Positions 20,439 through 29,985 of a stretch of 64,000 nucleotides of DNA are shown here, in pieces; position 1 is the stretch's first letter; every line of letters begins with the position of its first letter. The notes under the pieces were generated by a model. The model was given only the letters and a program-made list of their open reading frames with translations. It was not told where the DNA came from and made no database searches. Both the position numbers and the translations under genes were made by a program. This DNA is from Candidatus Spyradenecus sp. (GTDB taxonomy: Bacteria; Verrucomicrobiota; Verrucomicrobiia; Opitutales; UBA953), in the NCBI GenBank assembly GCA_045535075.1, contig JAZSKX010000014.1, forward strand, positions 174,373 to 238,372, read 5' to 3'.

Positions 20439-22070
20439 ATGTTATCCCGTAATCCATTTTCAGCGCAGACGCTCGGTGCATTCTCCCTGAGTTTGTTGTT
20501 TGCGTTAAGCCCGCTTTGTGCGGACGAGATCAGGATTGATCCGGAGCTCAACGGCGAAAGTCAAATCGGTCGCGAATGGTTGGACGGCAAAGCGACGTTT
20601 AGCGAGCTTGAGCAAAAAATTCTTTCGGCGCTTCCCGCCGACAAAGCGAGAAACGCGAAGGAAGTCGAGGCGTTTCTGAAAGATCCGAAAAACCGCATGA
20701 CACTTGCGCGTTGGTATTTCATGGACGTCGCGGGAACGGATGCGGTCGTCGCTCAAATCGATAAGCTTTCGGATCGCCGTATGTTTTTCCAATTTCTCTC
20801 CGATTTGGATTGGCTTGAAGGTTACCTTTACACGGGAAGACCGGAGCGGGCGGACAAGTTTTTGGAAATGTTTTTGACAATCGCCAGGCGCGAAAAAGAA
20901 ATGCTGAAAGATCCGATGTTGCGCAAGATCGCGATGGCGACAGCCGCCGAGTTTTCCCGCAACGGGTGGAGCTTGGATACGCCTTCCCGCGTCGTGAAAC
21001 GCTACAGATTCTTTTCCGACAGTTGGAAAGAGGGGAAATTGAATGTGCTTTTCGACGATTTGGATTATTGGGATATGCGCGTCGTTTGCGGGTGGAAGGG
21101 AAATAATGATTTCGGCGACGAATATTCCATGCGCTGGGCGCGGGACAACGTTAAGCTCACGGAAGAAGGCTATGCGAGCGGGTATGATATTCACCAGCTT
21201 GATTACCGCTTGTGGAATAAGGCGGGCGACAGCGTTCATAATACCGATTATTACGCGCCGTTTCGCCCGCATTTTACGACGAAAAGAGGCGAAATCAACA
21301 TGTCGGCGATGTCGCTTGAAGTCGGTGCGGTTTGCGGCGGGATTTCGCATTACGGCGTTGCGGGAGCGGTTTCCAACGGCATTCCCGCGATTACAATGGG
21401 CGAGCCGGCTCACTGCGCTTTTGCCGTGCGTGTGAACGGCGTGTGGCGCGATAATAATTCCGTTTCGTACAAGCGCGATTTGCATTGGACGCTTTTGGAG
21501 GGCAGGACGTGGGCGTTTCTTCACCTGATTCAGGATGTTTTTTCCGATAAGAAAAGAACGCAGCAGTCTTTTCGTAAGGCGGCGCTCGCGCGCTTTTATG
21601 CCGACAAAAAACGTGCGGCGGCTCTTTCGCTCTACGGGCAGGCGCTTTCCACACAGCCGAAAAATTATTTGGTTTGGATCGACTACTGTAATTACCTCAA
21701 AGAGCAAAAAGCGCCCCAAAAGCATTGGGTCGTGGCGAACAATAAAATAATCAGCGCGTTTACCGAAAAATATCCGGATGTGACGGCAACCGCTTTGAAA
21801 AACTACGTCTATCCGAATCTTTTTAATTTCGTAAAAAAAGACGAAGACAGACTCAAAATCTATGCAGGCTTCATGGAGAAAATGAATGCCGTCGGTCCCG
21901 CGACTTGGGATATGGAAAGCTTTTGGGATTTCCAGGCGGAGCAGCTTTCTGCCGAAGGGAAACGACAATTCAAGGAACTCGGGAAAAAGCTTTTCAAAGG
22001 GAAAGGCGAGTTTGAAAAGAATTTTAACGATTGGGCAAACGGTAATTCCCGAAACAAAAAGGAAGACTAA
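20439..22070 (+). CDS. secreted transglutaminase-like (Cys-His-Asp fold) protein with TPR-like C-terminus
   Basis: Signal peptide. VCGGISHYGVAGAVSNGIPAITMGEPAHCAFAVRVNGVWRD follows the C-x(~16)-GIPA-x(~8)-H-x(~10)-W-x-D pattern of the transglutaminase-like core. Confidence 0.45.
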   Translation: MLSRNPFSAQTLGAFSLSLLFALSPLCADEIRIDPELNGESQIGREWLDGKATFSELEQKILSALPADKARNAKEVEAFLKDPKNRMTLARWYFMDVAGTDAVVAQIDKLSDRRMFFQFLSDLDWLEGYLYTGRPERADKFLEMFLTIARREKEMLKDPMLRKIAMATAAEFSRNGWSLDTPSRVVKRYRFFSDSWKEGKLNVLFDDLDYWDMRVVCGWKGNNDFGDEYSMRWARDNVKLTEEGYASGYDIHQLDYRLWNKAGDSVHNTDYYAPFRPHFTTKRGEINMSAMSLEVGAVCGGISHYGVAGAVSNGIPAITMGEPAHCAFAVRVNGVWRDNNSVSYKRDLHWTLLEGRTWAFLHLIQDVFSDKKRTQQSFRKAALARFYADKKRAAALSLYGQALSTQPKNYLVWIDYCNYLKEQKAPQKHWVVANNKIISAFTEKYPDVTATALKNYVYPNLFNFVKKDEDRLKIYAGFMEKMNAVGPATWDMESFWDFQAEQLSAEGKRQFKELGKKLFKGKGEFEKNFNDWANGNSRNKKED

Positions 22071-22072
22071 AA

Positions 22073-22972
22073 ATGAAACGTGTAATTTTACTGTGTTGCG
22101 TTTTCTTCGCTTTCGCGGGAACGCTCTTTGCGGGACCGGAACGCAAAACCTACGAGCAGGCAATTAAAGGAAATCCGAACGACGGGATCGTCGTTTTTCT
22201 TTACGGCCCCGGCTGGGAAAAAGAAGGCCCCGAGTTGCTGAAAAAATTGTGGCAAAACCCCAAAATCAAAAATGCCTGCGGCGGAGCTAACCTGGTGGCA
22301 ATTCCGATTTTGCAACGTCCGAACGAAAAGGAAAAAAAAGCCGCCGACGAAAAATCCAAGGGGTACCGACGCACAAAGCGCGTGCGCAGCATTCCCGCGC
22401 TCGTGCTTCAGGATTACGCGGGAAGAGATTACTACGTGATTTATGGAGATGAACTTTCCCAGCCGGCGGAAAAAGTTGCCGAGTTGATGAAGTCAAAATT
22501 CGAACTTTATAAACAGCAGCGGAAATTTCTTCAGCAAATGGAAAAGGCAAAAGGGCGGGCTAAGGCACGTGCGTGCGCGCAGGCGGCAACCATCGAAGGA
22601 ATTTTCCCGCCGAACGATCACGTGAAAATCATCAAAGAAAACGATCCGAAGCTTGAAGAACCGCTTTCCGCGCGTGCCGTCTTTAATATCTACGAACTGC
22701 TGGTCGAAAACACGACTTTTGATAAAGACAATCCCGGAAAGAAAATTCTGAGCGTTGACGAAACTTTGGCGAAATTAACGCAACTGACTGCCGGCGATAC
22801 ATACACGCCGCAACAGAAGCAGGAAATTTATGCCGCCGCCGTCGGGCACCTGCGCCGTAGCGGATATGATAACGCAAAAATAAAAAAGTTTTACCGGGAA
22901 ATGATTGCGCTGGATCCGGATTCGATTTGGGCGGATTACGCCAAAAACGCGATCAAGTTGTGGTGCGATTGA
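22073..22972 (+). CDS. secreted hypothetical protein
   Basis: Signal peptide MKRVILLCCVFFAFAGTLFA. It starts 2 nt after the previous stop, so the two genes look like an operon. I recognise no family. Confidence 0.5.
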   Translation: MKRVILLCCVFFAFAGTLFAGPERKTYEQAIKGNPNDGIVVFLYGPGWEKEGPELLKKLWQNPKIKNACGGANLVAIPILQRPNEKEKKAADEKSKGYRRTKRVRSIPALVLQDYAGRDYYVIYGDELSQPAEKVAELMKSKFELYKQQRKFLQQMEKAKGRAKARACAQAATIEGIFPPNDHVKIIKENDPKLEEPLSARAVFNIYELLVENTTFDKDNPGKKILSVDETLAKLTQLTAGDTYTPQQKQEIYAAAVGHLRRSGYDNAKIKKFYREMIALDPDSIWADYAKNAIKLWCD

Positions 22973-22980
22973 GCGTTCCC

Positions 22981-23265
22981 GTGAAAACGATTCGCCGATT
23001 TTTTACTTGGATTTGTCGTAAGCTCTCCGGACGCTACGACACGAGTGTCGTGCTTTCGCTTCCCGAGGCTTGGAAAGAAACTCAGCCGCCGGCGGGGGAG
23101 CGCTTTGTCCGATATATTTTCGGTGCGCCGTTTTCCGATAAATTTACCGCTAAGTCGTTTTTCTGGCGCTGGGTCGGACGTATTTTACTGATTTGGATTT
23201 ATTTGGGATTTCTATGGATTCTCTACGAAAGTTTGTGGGCATGGAATATTTTCGGAGGTGAATAA
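22981..23265 (+). CDS. small hypothetical membrane protein
   Basis: A GTG start gives 94 aa ending in a W/L/I-rich TM segment (WRWVGRILLIWIYLGFLWILY). It fills an otherwise empty gap. Confidence 0.3.
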   Translation: MKTIRRFFTWICRKLSGRYDTSVVLSLPEAWKETQPPAGERFVRYIFGAPFSDKFTAKSFFWRWVGRILLIWIYLGFLWILYESLWAWNIFGGE

Positions 23266-23269
23266 TTGT

Positions 23270-23920
23270 ATGAAGATTTTAATTACAGCCGGAGCAACAC
23301 GGGAATTTTTCGATCCCGTGCGCTATATTTCAAATCCGTCGAGCGGAAAAATGGGCTACGCCGTCGCCGCTGCCGCACGGGAACGGGCGTGGGACGTTGA
23401 ACTTGTCTCCGCGAACGTTTCGCTTCCGCCGCCGCCGGGCGCGCATCTGACGGAAGTCGTTACCGGAGACGAAATGCTTGCCGCCGCACGCGAATTGTTC
23501 CCGCAGTGCGACATTCTCGTTAAAACTGCCGCCGTTTGCGATTTTCGCCCCAAGCATTACGAAACGCACAAACGTAAGAAAGACGGGAACGGCATGACGG
23601 TTGAATTCGAGCCTACAACCGACATTTTGAAAACGCTTGCGGCGGAAAAAACGCCGAGGCAGACCGTCGTCGGATTCGCCGCGGAAACCCAAGATATCGA
23701 AACTTACGCGAAGAAAAAATTGAGTGAAAAAAACTTGGATTTGATTGTGGCAAATCTCGTCGGTCGCGGGAACGTCGGTGCCTTCGGTTCGGACAACAAT
23801 GCGGTCGTTTTGCTCGGTAACTCCGGTTTCCGGAAAGCATTTCCGCTTGCTCCCAAGACGGAAATCGCGCGTCTGCTTATCGACGAAATCGAGCGTTTTC
23901 ATGCCGGAAAAATCGGCTAA
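23270..23920 (+). CDS. coaB: phosphopantothenate-cysteine ligase (stand-alone CoaB domain)
   Basis: ILITAGATREFFDPVRYISNPSSGKMGYAVAAAA and VVGFAAET...KKLSEKNLDLIVAN align along the whole C-terminal half of E. coli Dfp. There is no CoaC flavoprotein domain. Confidence 0.75.
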   Translation: MKILITAGATREFFDPVRYISNPSSGKMGYAVAAAARERAWDVELVSANVSLPPPPGAHLTEVVTGDEMLAAARELFPQCDILVKTAAVCDFRPKHYETHKRKKDGNGMTVEFEPTTDILKTLAAEKTPRQTVVGFAAETQDIETYAKKKLSEKNLDLIVANLVGRGNVGAFGSDNNAVVLLGNSGFRKAFPLAPKTEIARLLIDEIERFHAGKIG

Positions 23921-23966
23921 AATTGAAACCTTTTTCCCGCGAATGCGTTTATCCGAATTCAGTAAG

Positions 23967-25607
23967 ATGGACTTGAAAAATTTTCTTCATACGACGTTGC
24001 TTGCTCTCAGCTTCTGCGCCGCTATCGGCTTGCTCGCCGAAACGGAACCTTCCGGAACATCGGCGGATGCAGACGAACTTTTCCCGGAGCGCCGCCGGAT
24101 TCGTTTGCGGGAAGTAACGGACGAAGACATCCGAAAAATCGTCCGAGTCGGCAAGACGCTTTCGTTGCGGGAAGCCGTTCCCTTGGCATTGCGGGAAAAT
24201 CTCGGAATCGCCGTTGCGCGAACGGATAAAGCGATCGTTGAAGAAACGCCGGAAATTCAGGAAGCCGCATTTGATACGGAGTTTTCTTTTTCTTCCGTTT
24301 ACGGGAACGCAGGCAATCCGTATTGGGAAGGAAAGAGCGGAACCTCGTCCCAGAGCTGGGCAAATCGGGCGGAACTTTCCAAACGTTTTTCTTACGGAAC
24401 GCAGGCTTCGCTTTACGGGAACTTTAATCGCAATTACAACACGACGGCGGGAGCGTCGCCGGCATCGGGAAGTGCTGTCGGATTGGAAATCGTTCAGCCG
24501 CTTTTGAGCGGATTCGGCGAGGAAATCAATTTGGCGCCGCTTGTGAAAGCTCGCAAAAATGTACTTCAGAGTACATTGAGCTTGCGCAGGGAAACCCTTG
24601 ATTTGATTTATGAAGCGGAGGTTGCTTATTGGAACCTTTCGGCAAGTTATGCGCTCGTGGGCGCGCGCTTGAGTAGCGTGCGTTATGCGGAGTTTCTTCT
24701 GAGTCAGGCGAAAGAACGCCGTGCGCTCAAGGACGCGACAAAGGAAGACGTTTTGCAGGCAGAAGCGGATTTGGCTTCCCGGCGCGTAAATTTGGTGGCG
24801 GCACGTCAGGCGGTCGAAGACCGAGATGACGCATTGCGCAAGCTCTTAGGCGAGTACGGAGAAACGATGGACGGAACTTATAGCGTTGCCAAGTTGTCCG
24901 AAAGCGTTCCCGCAGAAACACTTGAGTTTGCGGATTGGATTGTTCAAGTGCGGGAATTTGATATTGATGCGCAAATTCAGGAGCTGGAACGTGAAAAAGC
25001 CGAGCTGGACTATCGGGTTGCCGAAGATGCTACGCGCCCGTCTTTGGATTTGGTTCTCGGTGCGGAAGCTTCGGGAAGCGAAAGCTCTCCCGCAAAGTCG
25101 GTAACGGGCATCGTTGATCGCACCGGTTATGACCTGTCCGCGGGAATTCAATTTTCGATGCCTATCGGATTTCGACAGGCAAATGCACAGTGGCGGCAAG
25201 CCGCGCTGAAGCGCCGGAACGCGAAACTCGCCGTTGCGCAGGCACTTCAGGATGCGATGTTTGAGGCACGTTCCGCCTGGCGTGCGGCGGAGTCTGCGCG
25301 GGAACGCTTCGACTCGGCAAAGCTTGCCCTCAAAATGCAACAGGAAGCTTACGAAGGGCAAATTGCCCGCTACGGCGTCGGACGCGCAACGATGACGGAT
25401 GTGCTTTCCGCTCAAGATTCTTTGGATTCGGCTCGACTTGATTTGATTCAGGCTGCACTCGATGTCGTTACTTCCCGAGCTAAAATTTTGCGTTTGGACG
25501 GACGAATTTTGTCGGAAAACGGTTTTTCCTGGAACGAAATCGACAACGAAAATCCGGCAAATCCGCACGAATTTGCTTCGCAAGAGAACTCTGCTGTTAA
25601 TCCGTAA
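23967..25607 (+). CDS. TolC-family outer-membrane efflux protein
   Basis: Signal peptide (MDLKNFLHTTLLALSFCAAIGLLA) and two repeated alpha/beta halves with coiled-coil heptads. An ATG at 23943 is an alternative start. Confidence 0.75.
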   Translation: MDLKNFLHTTLLALSFCAAIGLLAETEPSGTSADADELFPERRRIRLREVTDEDIRKIVRVGKTLSLREAVPLALRENLGIAVARTDKAIVEETPEIQEAAFDTEFSFSSVYGNAGNPYWEGKSGTSSQSWANRAELSKRFSYGTQASLYGNFNRNYNTTAGASPASGSAVGLEIVQPLLSGFGEEINLAPLVKARKNVLQSTLSLRRETLDLIYEAEVAYWNLSASYALVGARLSSVRYAEFLLSQAKERRALKDATKEDVLQAEADLASRRVNLVAARQAVEDRDDALRKLLGEYGETMDGTYSVAKLSESVPAETLEFADWIVQVREFDIDAQIQELEREKAELDYRVAEDATRPSLDLVLGAEASGSESSPAKSVTGIVDRTGYDLSAGIQFSMPIGFRQANAQWRQAALKRRNAKLAVAQALQDAMFEARSAWRAAESARERFDSAKLALKMQQEAYEGQIARYGVGRATMTDVLSAQDSLDSARLDLIQAALDVVTSRAKILRLDGRILSENGFSWNEIDNENPANPHEFASQENSAVNP

Positions 25608-25618
25608 TTTTTTTTGAA

Positions 25619-26785
25619 ATGAAATTCTCGAAACGTTTTTTTAACGCTGTCGCCGTCGCAACGGGTTTAGCCGCCGGCGCTTGTTTGTTTTCCGCTTGCG
25701 GCGAAGGAATCGGAGGCTCCGGATCCTCAGCGCTTCCCGCCGTTGCAACGACGCGGGTTACCGAGCGTAATCTCGAAGAACGCATCACCGTTTCCGGGTT
25801 TGTTAAGCCCGAAACCGTTACCGAAATCAAATCTGAAATTAACGGTCGCATCATTCGCATTCTCGTTGAAAACGGGCAAATGGTGAAGCAGGGCGATTTG
25901 CTCCTCGAAATTGATCCGCAGACTTATCAGACGACTGTCGATTCCAACGAGCGTACAACGCGCCAACGCCGACTTGATGTCGAAAAAGCCGAGCGCGACA
26001 TGAAACGCATTGAGCGACTTTTCCGGAGCGACTTCGCCACCGAGCAGGAATATCTTGATTCTGTCACGGATTACGAAAGCAGAAAACTGCAGCTCGAAAT
26101 TGCTCAGGCGGCCCTTGATAATGCCCGCATCGAGCTTGCCAAAACGGCAATCAAAGCACCGCACGACGGTATGGTCTCGGATCTTGACGTTTATGTCGGA
26201 AACGTGATTTCCGGCGCCGGTTCGTTTTCCAACGGAACAACGCTGATGAAAGTCAACGATATGAGCAATCTGCGCGTTGAAGCGGATTTGAACGAAATCG
26301 AAGCAAATAAAATCGTTATCGGAGCGGAAACAACCCTGACGTTCGACTCGCTTCCCAAAACAAGTTTTACGGGAACGGTGAATTATCTTTCGTCGTTTGG
26401 TGTTCAGGATTCGGCAACGTCCACACTCTATAAATTTCCGGTGCGCGTAAATTTTACGACGGGCGGCGTGCTCGTGCGCCCGGGAACGAGTGCGAATCTT
26501 TCGATTCTTGTCGCCGGCGTGAAAAACGCCGTCAGCGTTCCCGCAAGCGCGGTTTTCATTGAAGACGGCCAGCGCTACGTTTTTCTAAAAAAAGGAGAAG
26601 GGCAATTTGAACGACGCAAGGTCGAAATCGGCATCGGGAATCTGAATTTTATTCAAATCGTCCGCGGATTGGATGCGGAAGATGTTATCGCGACCGTGCG
26701 TCCTTCTCAGTCCGAAATTATTTCCGACGGGAACGAGGTTTCTCCGAAGCGCAAAGGTCCGCCTCCGGGAAAAAGCGGCAGATAG
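25619..26785 (+). CDS. efflux periplasmic adaptor (HlyD/MFP family)
   Basis: Lipoprotein-like signal (LFSAC), a lipoyl-like domain (VKQGDLLLEIDP ... APHDGMVSDL), a coiled-coil hairpin and a beta-barrel domain. Confidence 0.8.
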   Translation: MKFSKRFFNAVAVATGLAAGACLFSACGEGIGGSGSSALPAVATTRVTERNLEERITVSGFVKPETVTEIKSEINGRIIRILVENGQMVKQGDLLLEIDPQTYQTTVDSNERTTRQRRLDVEKAERDMKRIERLFRSDFATEQEYLDSVTDYESRKLQLEIAQAALDNARIELAKTAIKAPHDGMVSDLDVYVGNVISGAGSFSNGTTLMKVNDMSNLRVEADLNEIEANKIVIGAETTLTFDSLPKTSFTGTVNYLSSFGVQDSATSTLYKFPVRVNFTTGGVLVRPGTSANLSILVAGVKNAVSVPASAVFIEDGQRYVFLKKGEGQFERRKVEIGIGNLNFIQIVRGLDAEDVIATVRPSQSEIISDGNEVSPKRKGPPPGKSGR

Positions 26786-26908
26786 AGCGGAAACGCTCCC
26801 GCGATTATATTTTCACTGCTTGACAGGGCTCGGGCGTTTCCGCAGTGTTAAGCACATAATAGAAGTGTTCTTTGAAAAAGCTTCATGCCTTTGAACTAAA
26901 TGAATTTC

Positions 26909-27288
26909 GGGGATGTTCCGGATTCGATTTCGGCAAATAGGTTGTGATTGCACGCGGAGGATGATACTTGGCCTCCTAAATCATGTATCGCCACGTTAAA
27001 TGGCAAAAACAATACCATCGCGTTTGAACGCAATGCGTTCGCGCTTGCTGCCTAATAGCTGCAGCACGGTTACGCTCGCCGACGCCTGCTAAGCGCGCGA
27101 GCCGTCAAAAAAGCAGGTAAAACTTCGAGCTTGTCAGCGTTCCCGCGAAGCCAAAAAAGGGAAAGCGGATAGGAATTCCCGGGCGTCGCCGCCCTCAGGA
27201 AAACCGAAATTCAAACGGACGGCTAAGCGTGTAGACGTTGCCTCCGAAAGGTCGAAAGACAGGGGTTCGACTCCCCTCATCTCCACCA
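26909..27288 (+). ncRNA. ssrA: tmRNA (SsrA)
   Basis: The 5' end GGGGATGTTCCGGATTCGA and the 3' end GGTTCGACTCCCCTCATCTCCACCA form a tRNA-Ala-like acceptor and T-arm. The internal tag ORF ends ...AATGCGTTCGCGCTTGCTGCC TAA TAG (..NAFALAA*). Confidence 0.9.
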
Positions 27289-27292
27289 CTTT

Positions 27293-27353
27293 GAAAAGCG
27301 CTCGTAAACTTCGCCGAAGCGGATTTTACGGGCGCTTTTCGTGTTTCTTTTTT
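27293..27353 (+). terminator. extended hairpin terminator after ssrA
   Basis: GAAAAGCGC...(inner CGTAAA/TTTACG and CTTCG/GAAG pairs)...GCGCTTTTC followed by GTGTTTCTTTTTT. Confidence 0.7.
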
Positions 27354-27502
27354 GCTTAAAAATCGATGCGTGTTTTTGTGTGTTTTGAAGGAGTTTTGTT
27401 CGGCGATTAATCGAAAGAATTTCTCGGGAACGCGTCTGAGGTCCTCATTTGCCGGAATCTTTACAAGGCGGCGGCTTTGGCTTAAGATTTTCGGATTATT
27501 TT

Positions 27503-29983
27503 ATGGGTTCTACTTCCAAGAAAAAGCGCCGTGAAGAGGGCGCGTTGATTTATCGGGTTTTTCAGGAACCGCAGGTTTCACTGCGGGAACGCGTTCGACG
27601 TTTGTTTGCGGGAACGTGGGTGCTGTTGCTTTTTGGCGCGTTACTTTCTTTTATCGCGTTTTTCGGGCGTCCGCCGCGCGTTCCGGTGGTTTACGAAGGT
27701 TTGATTCCGAATTATTCGTTTGCTGCGCCGTTTAGCTTCTCTTACACGAGCAAAATTCAGCGAACGGAGCGCGAATACAATGCGCGCCTGCATGTCGGTC
27801 CGGTTTATACGTTGAAATCGGATTCTCAGGAACGCTTGCTGGAATTTTTTTCCCGGGTTGCCGAAAAAAATCTTTCGGAGTTTGAGCGATTGAAAAAGCT
27901 GAAAGTACGCACGACGCGTGATGTCGCGATCGGCGAGAGCTTGCGCGGCGTTTTTGAAGAGCTTCAGATTGCGGAGCTTAATCCTCGCTTGCGCCGGGCG
28001 GATATTTTGCAGGGATTGGCAATGGGGCAGTCGCGACTGATTGAGTACTGCAATAGCGCCAAGGACTACGAGAAGCTTGTTTCGGCTTCGCGGGATGTTT
28101 TTACAAATCTCGCTCGGGAAGGAATTTACGAAGACGGATTCGGGAAAAACAAGATTGCGGGAACGGAGACGACCGGCGTCGGCGACATTGCGGGATACAC
28201 GGAAAGCGAAGTTAGGCGTGTGTTTTCCGAGCGTTTGCAAAATGTCCTTTGGCAACGTGTTTTTACGGACCGGACGCGCGGGAACCTCACAAAAATCGTT
28301 GATGAGGTTGAATACATTTTTCAGCTTTCCGAGTTGTTTCGCACAAATATGTTTTTTGACCGTGATGCGACGATCCGGCAAAAAGATTTGGCGGCACAAA
28401 ATGTCGGAGACACCGTTGTTCATGTTCATGCGGGCGAGCATTTGCTTAGCGAGCGCGTTCCCGTTTCCGCTGAGATGCTTGAGCGTTGGAAGGCGTATCG
28501 CGTTGAGGAAGAAAAAAACAAGAGTCGTGTTTTCGGCGATACGCGCTCGTTTTTTTCCGACACGTTTTACACGTATTGCATTTTGCTGAGCGCTGCGATT
28601 TTTTGTATTATTTTCATTCCGAATGTTTTCAGGGAACGCCGCAACGGTATCGCGCTCGCGGGAACGTTGGTTTTACTGGACACGGTGCTGGTGCGCTTGT
28701 TTGTCAGTATTATTGAATCGTCCCGCTTCGAAGAAATTTTCGCGCATACCGAAAATATTCAGATTTGGCTCTCCGCGCCGACGATTGTCGCCATTCTTGC
28801 TTCCGTCATGCTGGGAACTCCGCTGGCGATTATTACGTCGATGACAGCGGCATCCGTTATTGCGCTGATGCTCGGCGGGAACGTTGAATGCCTGCTCGTT
28901 TCCGCCGTCGCGGTTGTAACGTCGGTTTATATTGCGCGTGATGCCCGCAAACGTTCCGTCCTCCTGCGGGCCGGATTGTACTCCGGAATTACAACGGCGC
29001 TGACTTCGCTGCTCGTGGGCTTTCATGACGGGACAAGCTGGCAGTCCGTCGCGTACAATTTTGCCGCTGCGGTTGCCGTCGGCGGCGCTTCCGGGATTGT
29101 TGCTTCCGGGATGCTTTCCGTTTTTGAAGGTATTTTTAAGACAACGACCAATATTACATTGCTTGAGCTTGCGGATTATGATCACCCGCTTTTGCGACGC
29201 TTGCAGGTTGTTGCTCCGGGAACGTTTTTGCACAGTGTTATGGTTGCGGATTTCGCGGCGAAAGCTGCTCAGGTTGCGGGAGCGAATGCTGCGCTTTGCC
29301 GTTGCGCCGCACTTTATCATGATGTCGGCAAAACGTTGAAACCGGAATTTTTTACGGAAAACCAGAAAGCCGGTATCGAAAATCCTCATGAAGAGCTTAC
29401 GCCTTCAATGTCTGCACTGATTATAAAAAGCCATGTGCGGGAAGGGCTTGAACTTGCGGAAGAATACCACCTCCCGCGGCCGGTTTGCGATCTCATCCGC
29501 CAGCACCACGGACGAAGTCTTGTCGGTTATTTCATTCGTAAGGCTCGACAACTTGCCGTTCTCAACGGTGACGATTCCCTTGTGGACGAATCGAATTATC
29601 GCTACGACGGTCCGCGTCCGCAAACAATGGAAGCCGCAATTCTGATGCTTTGTGACATCGTGGAAGCGTCGTCCCGCTCGCTGAAAAAAGTAACTCAGCA
29701 AGCCGTGGAAGACTTGGTCGAAAAGCTCGTTTATGAACGTGTGAAAGACGGTGAGTTGAGTGATTGTCCGATCACGTTGCGCCAAATCGAAATCGTGCGC
29801 AAAAGCCTTGTAAACTCGGTTTTGATGAGCTATCACAAGCGAATCGCCTATGCGGATGACGAAAAAGAAAAAACGGTTTCCGCAGGCGAAAGAGCCGATG
29901 CCGAGCCGCGTGTGCGTATCCTGAATAAGGAGGCGTTCCTGCAGGAGGAGGACAAAGCCGGAAGCCAACCCGAATCCGCATAA
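27503..29983 (+). CDS. 7TM-HD membrane phosphohydrolase (PgpH-like)
   Basis: Extracellular N-terminal domain, seven TM helices, then an HD domain (HSVMVA ... YHDVGK ... QHHG). It sits in the usual position upstream of ybeY. Confidence 0.8.
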   Translation: MGSTSKKKRREEGALIYRVFQEPQVSLRERVRRLFAGTWVLLLFGALLSFIAFFGRPPRVPVVYEGLIPNYSFAAPFSFSYTSKIQRTEREYNARLHVGPVYTLKSDSQERLLEFFSRVAEKNLSEFERLKKLKVRTTRDVAIGESLRGVFEELQIAELNPRLRRADILQGLAMGQSRLIEYCNSAKDYEKLVSASRDVFTNLAREGIYEDGFGKNKIAGTETTGVGDIAGYTESEVRRVFSERLQNVLWQRVFTDRTRGNLTKIVDEVEYIFQLSELFRTNMFFDRDATIRQKDLAAQNVGDTVVHVHAGEHLLSERVPVSAEMLERWKAYRVEEEKNKSRVFGDTRSFFSDTFYTYCILLSAAIFCIIFIPNVFRERRNGIALAGTLVLLDTVLVRLFVSIIESSRFEEIFAHTENIQIWLSAPTIVAILASVMLGTPLAIITSMTAASVIALMLGGNVECLLVSAVAVVTSVYIARDARKRSVLLRAGLYSGITTALTSLLVGFHDGTSWQSVAYNFAAAVAVGGASGIVASGMLSVFEGIFKTTTNITLLELADYDHPLLRRLQVVAPGTFLHSVMVADFAAKAAQVAGANAALCRCAALYHDVGKTLKPEFFTENQKAGIENPHEELTPSMSALIIKSHVREGLELAEEYHLPRPVCDLIRQHHGRSLVGYFIRKARQLAVLNGDDSLVDESNYRYDGPRPQTMEAAILMLCDIVEASSRSLKKVTQQAVEDLVEKLVYERVKDGELSDCPITLRQIEIVRKSLVNSVLMSYHKRIAYADDEKEKTVSAGERADAEPRVRILNKEAFLQEEDKAGSQPESA

Positions 29984-29985
29984 CC

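Noticed and set aside
19320-22163. Long minus-strand ORFs 19320..20408 (362 aa) and 20505..22163 (552 aa)
   Set aside because: They are antisense to the SDR-tail gene and to the secreted transglutaminase-like gene. Their composition is R/F-rich and repetitive, with no signal or domain motifs. The plus-strand genes have signal peptides and motifs.
23745-23966. N-terminal extension of the TolC-like ORF in the track
   Set aside because: The extension overlaps the 3' end of coaB out of frame and precedes the obvious signal peptide, which starts at the ATG at 23967.
26820-26851. Sigma70-type promoter for ssrA (TTGACA at 26820)
   Set aside because: No acceptable -10 hexamer lies at 16-19 nt spacing. 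The nearest TA-rich hexamers are at 20 nt or more. This is too weak to call.
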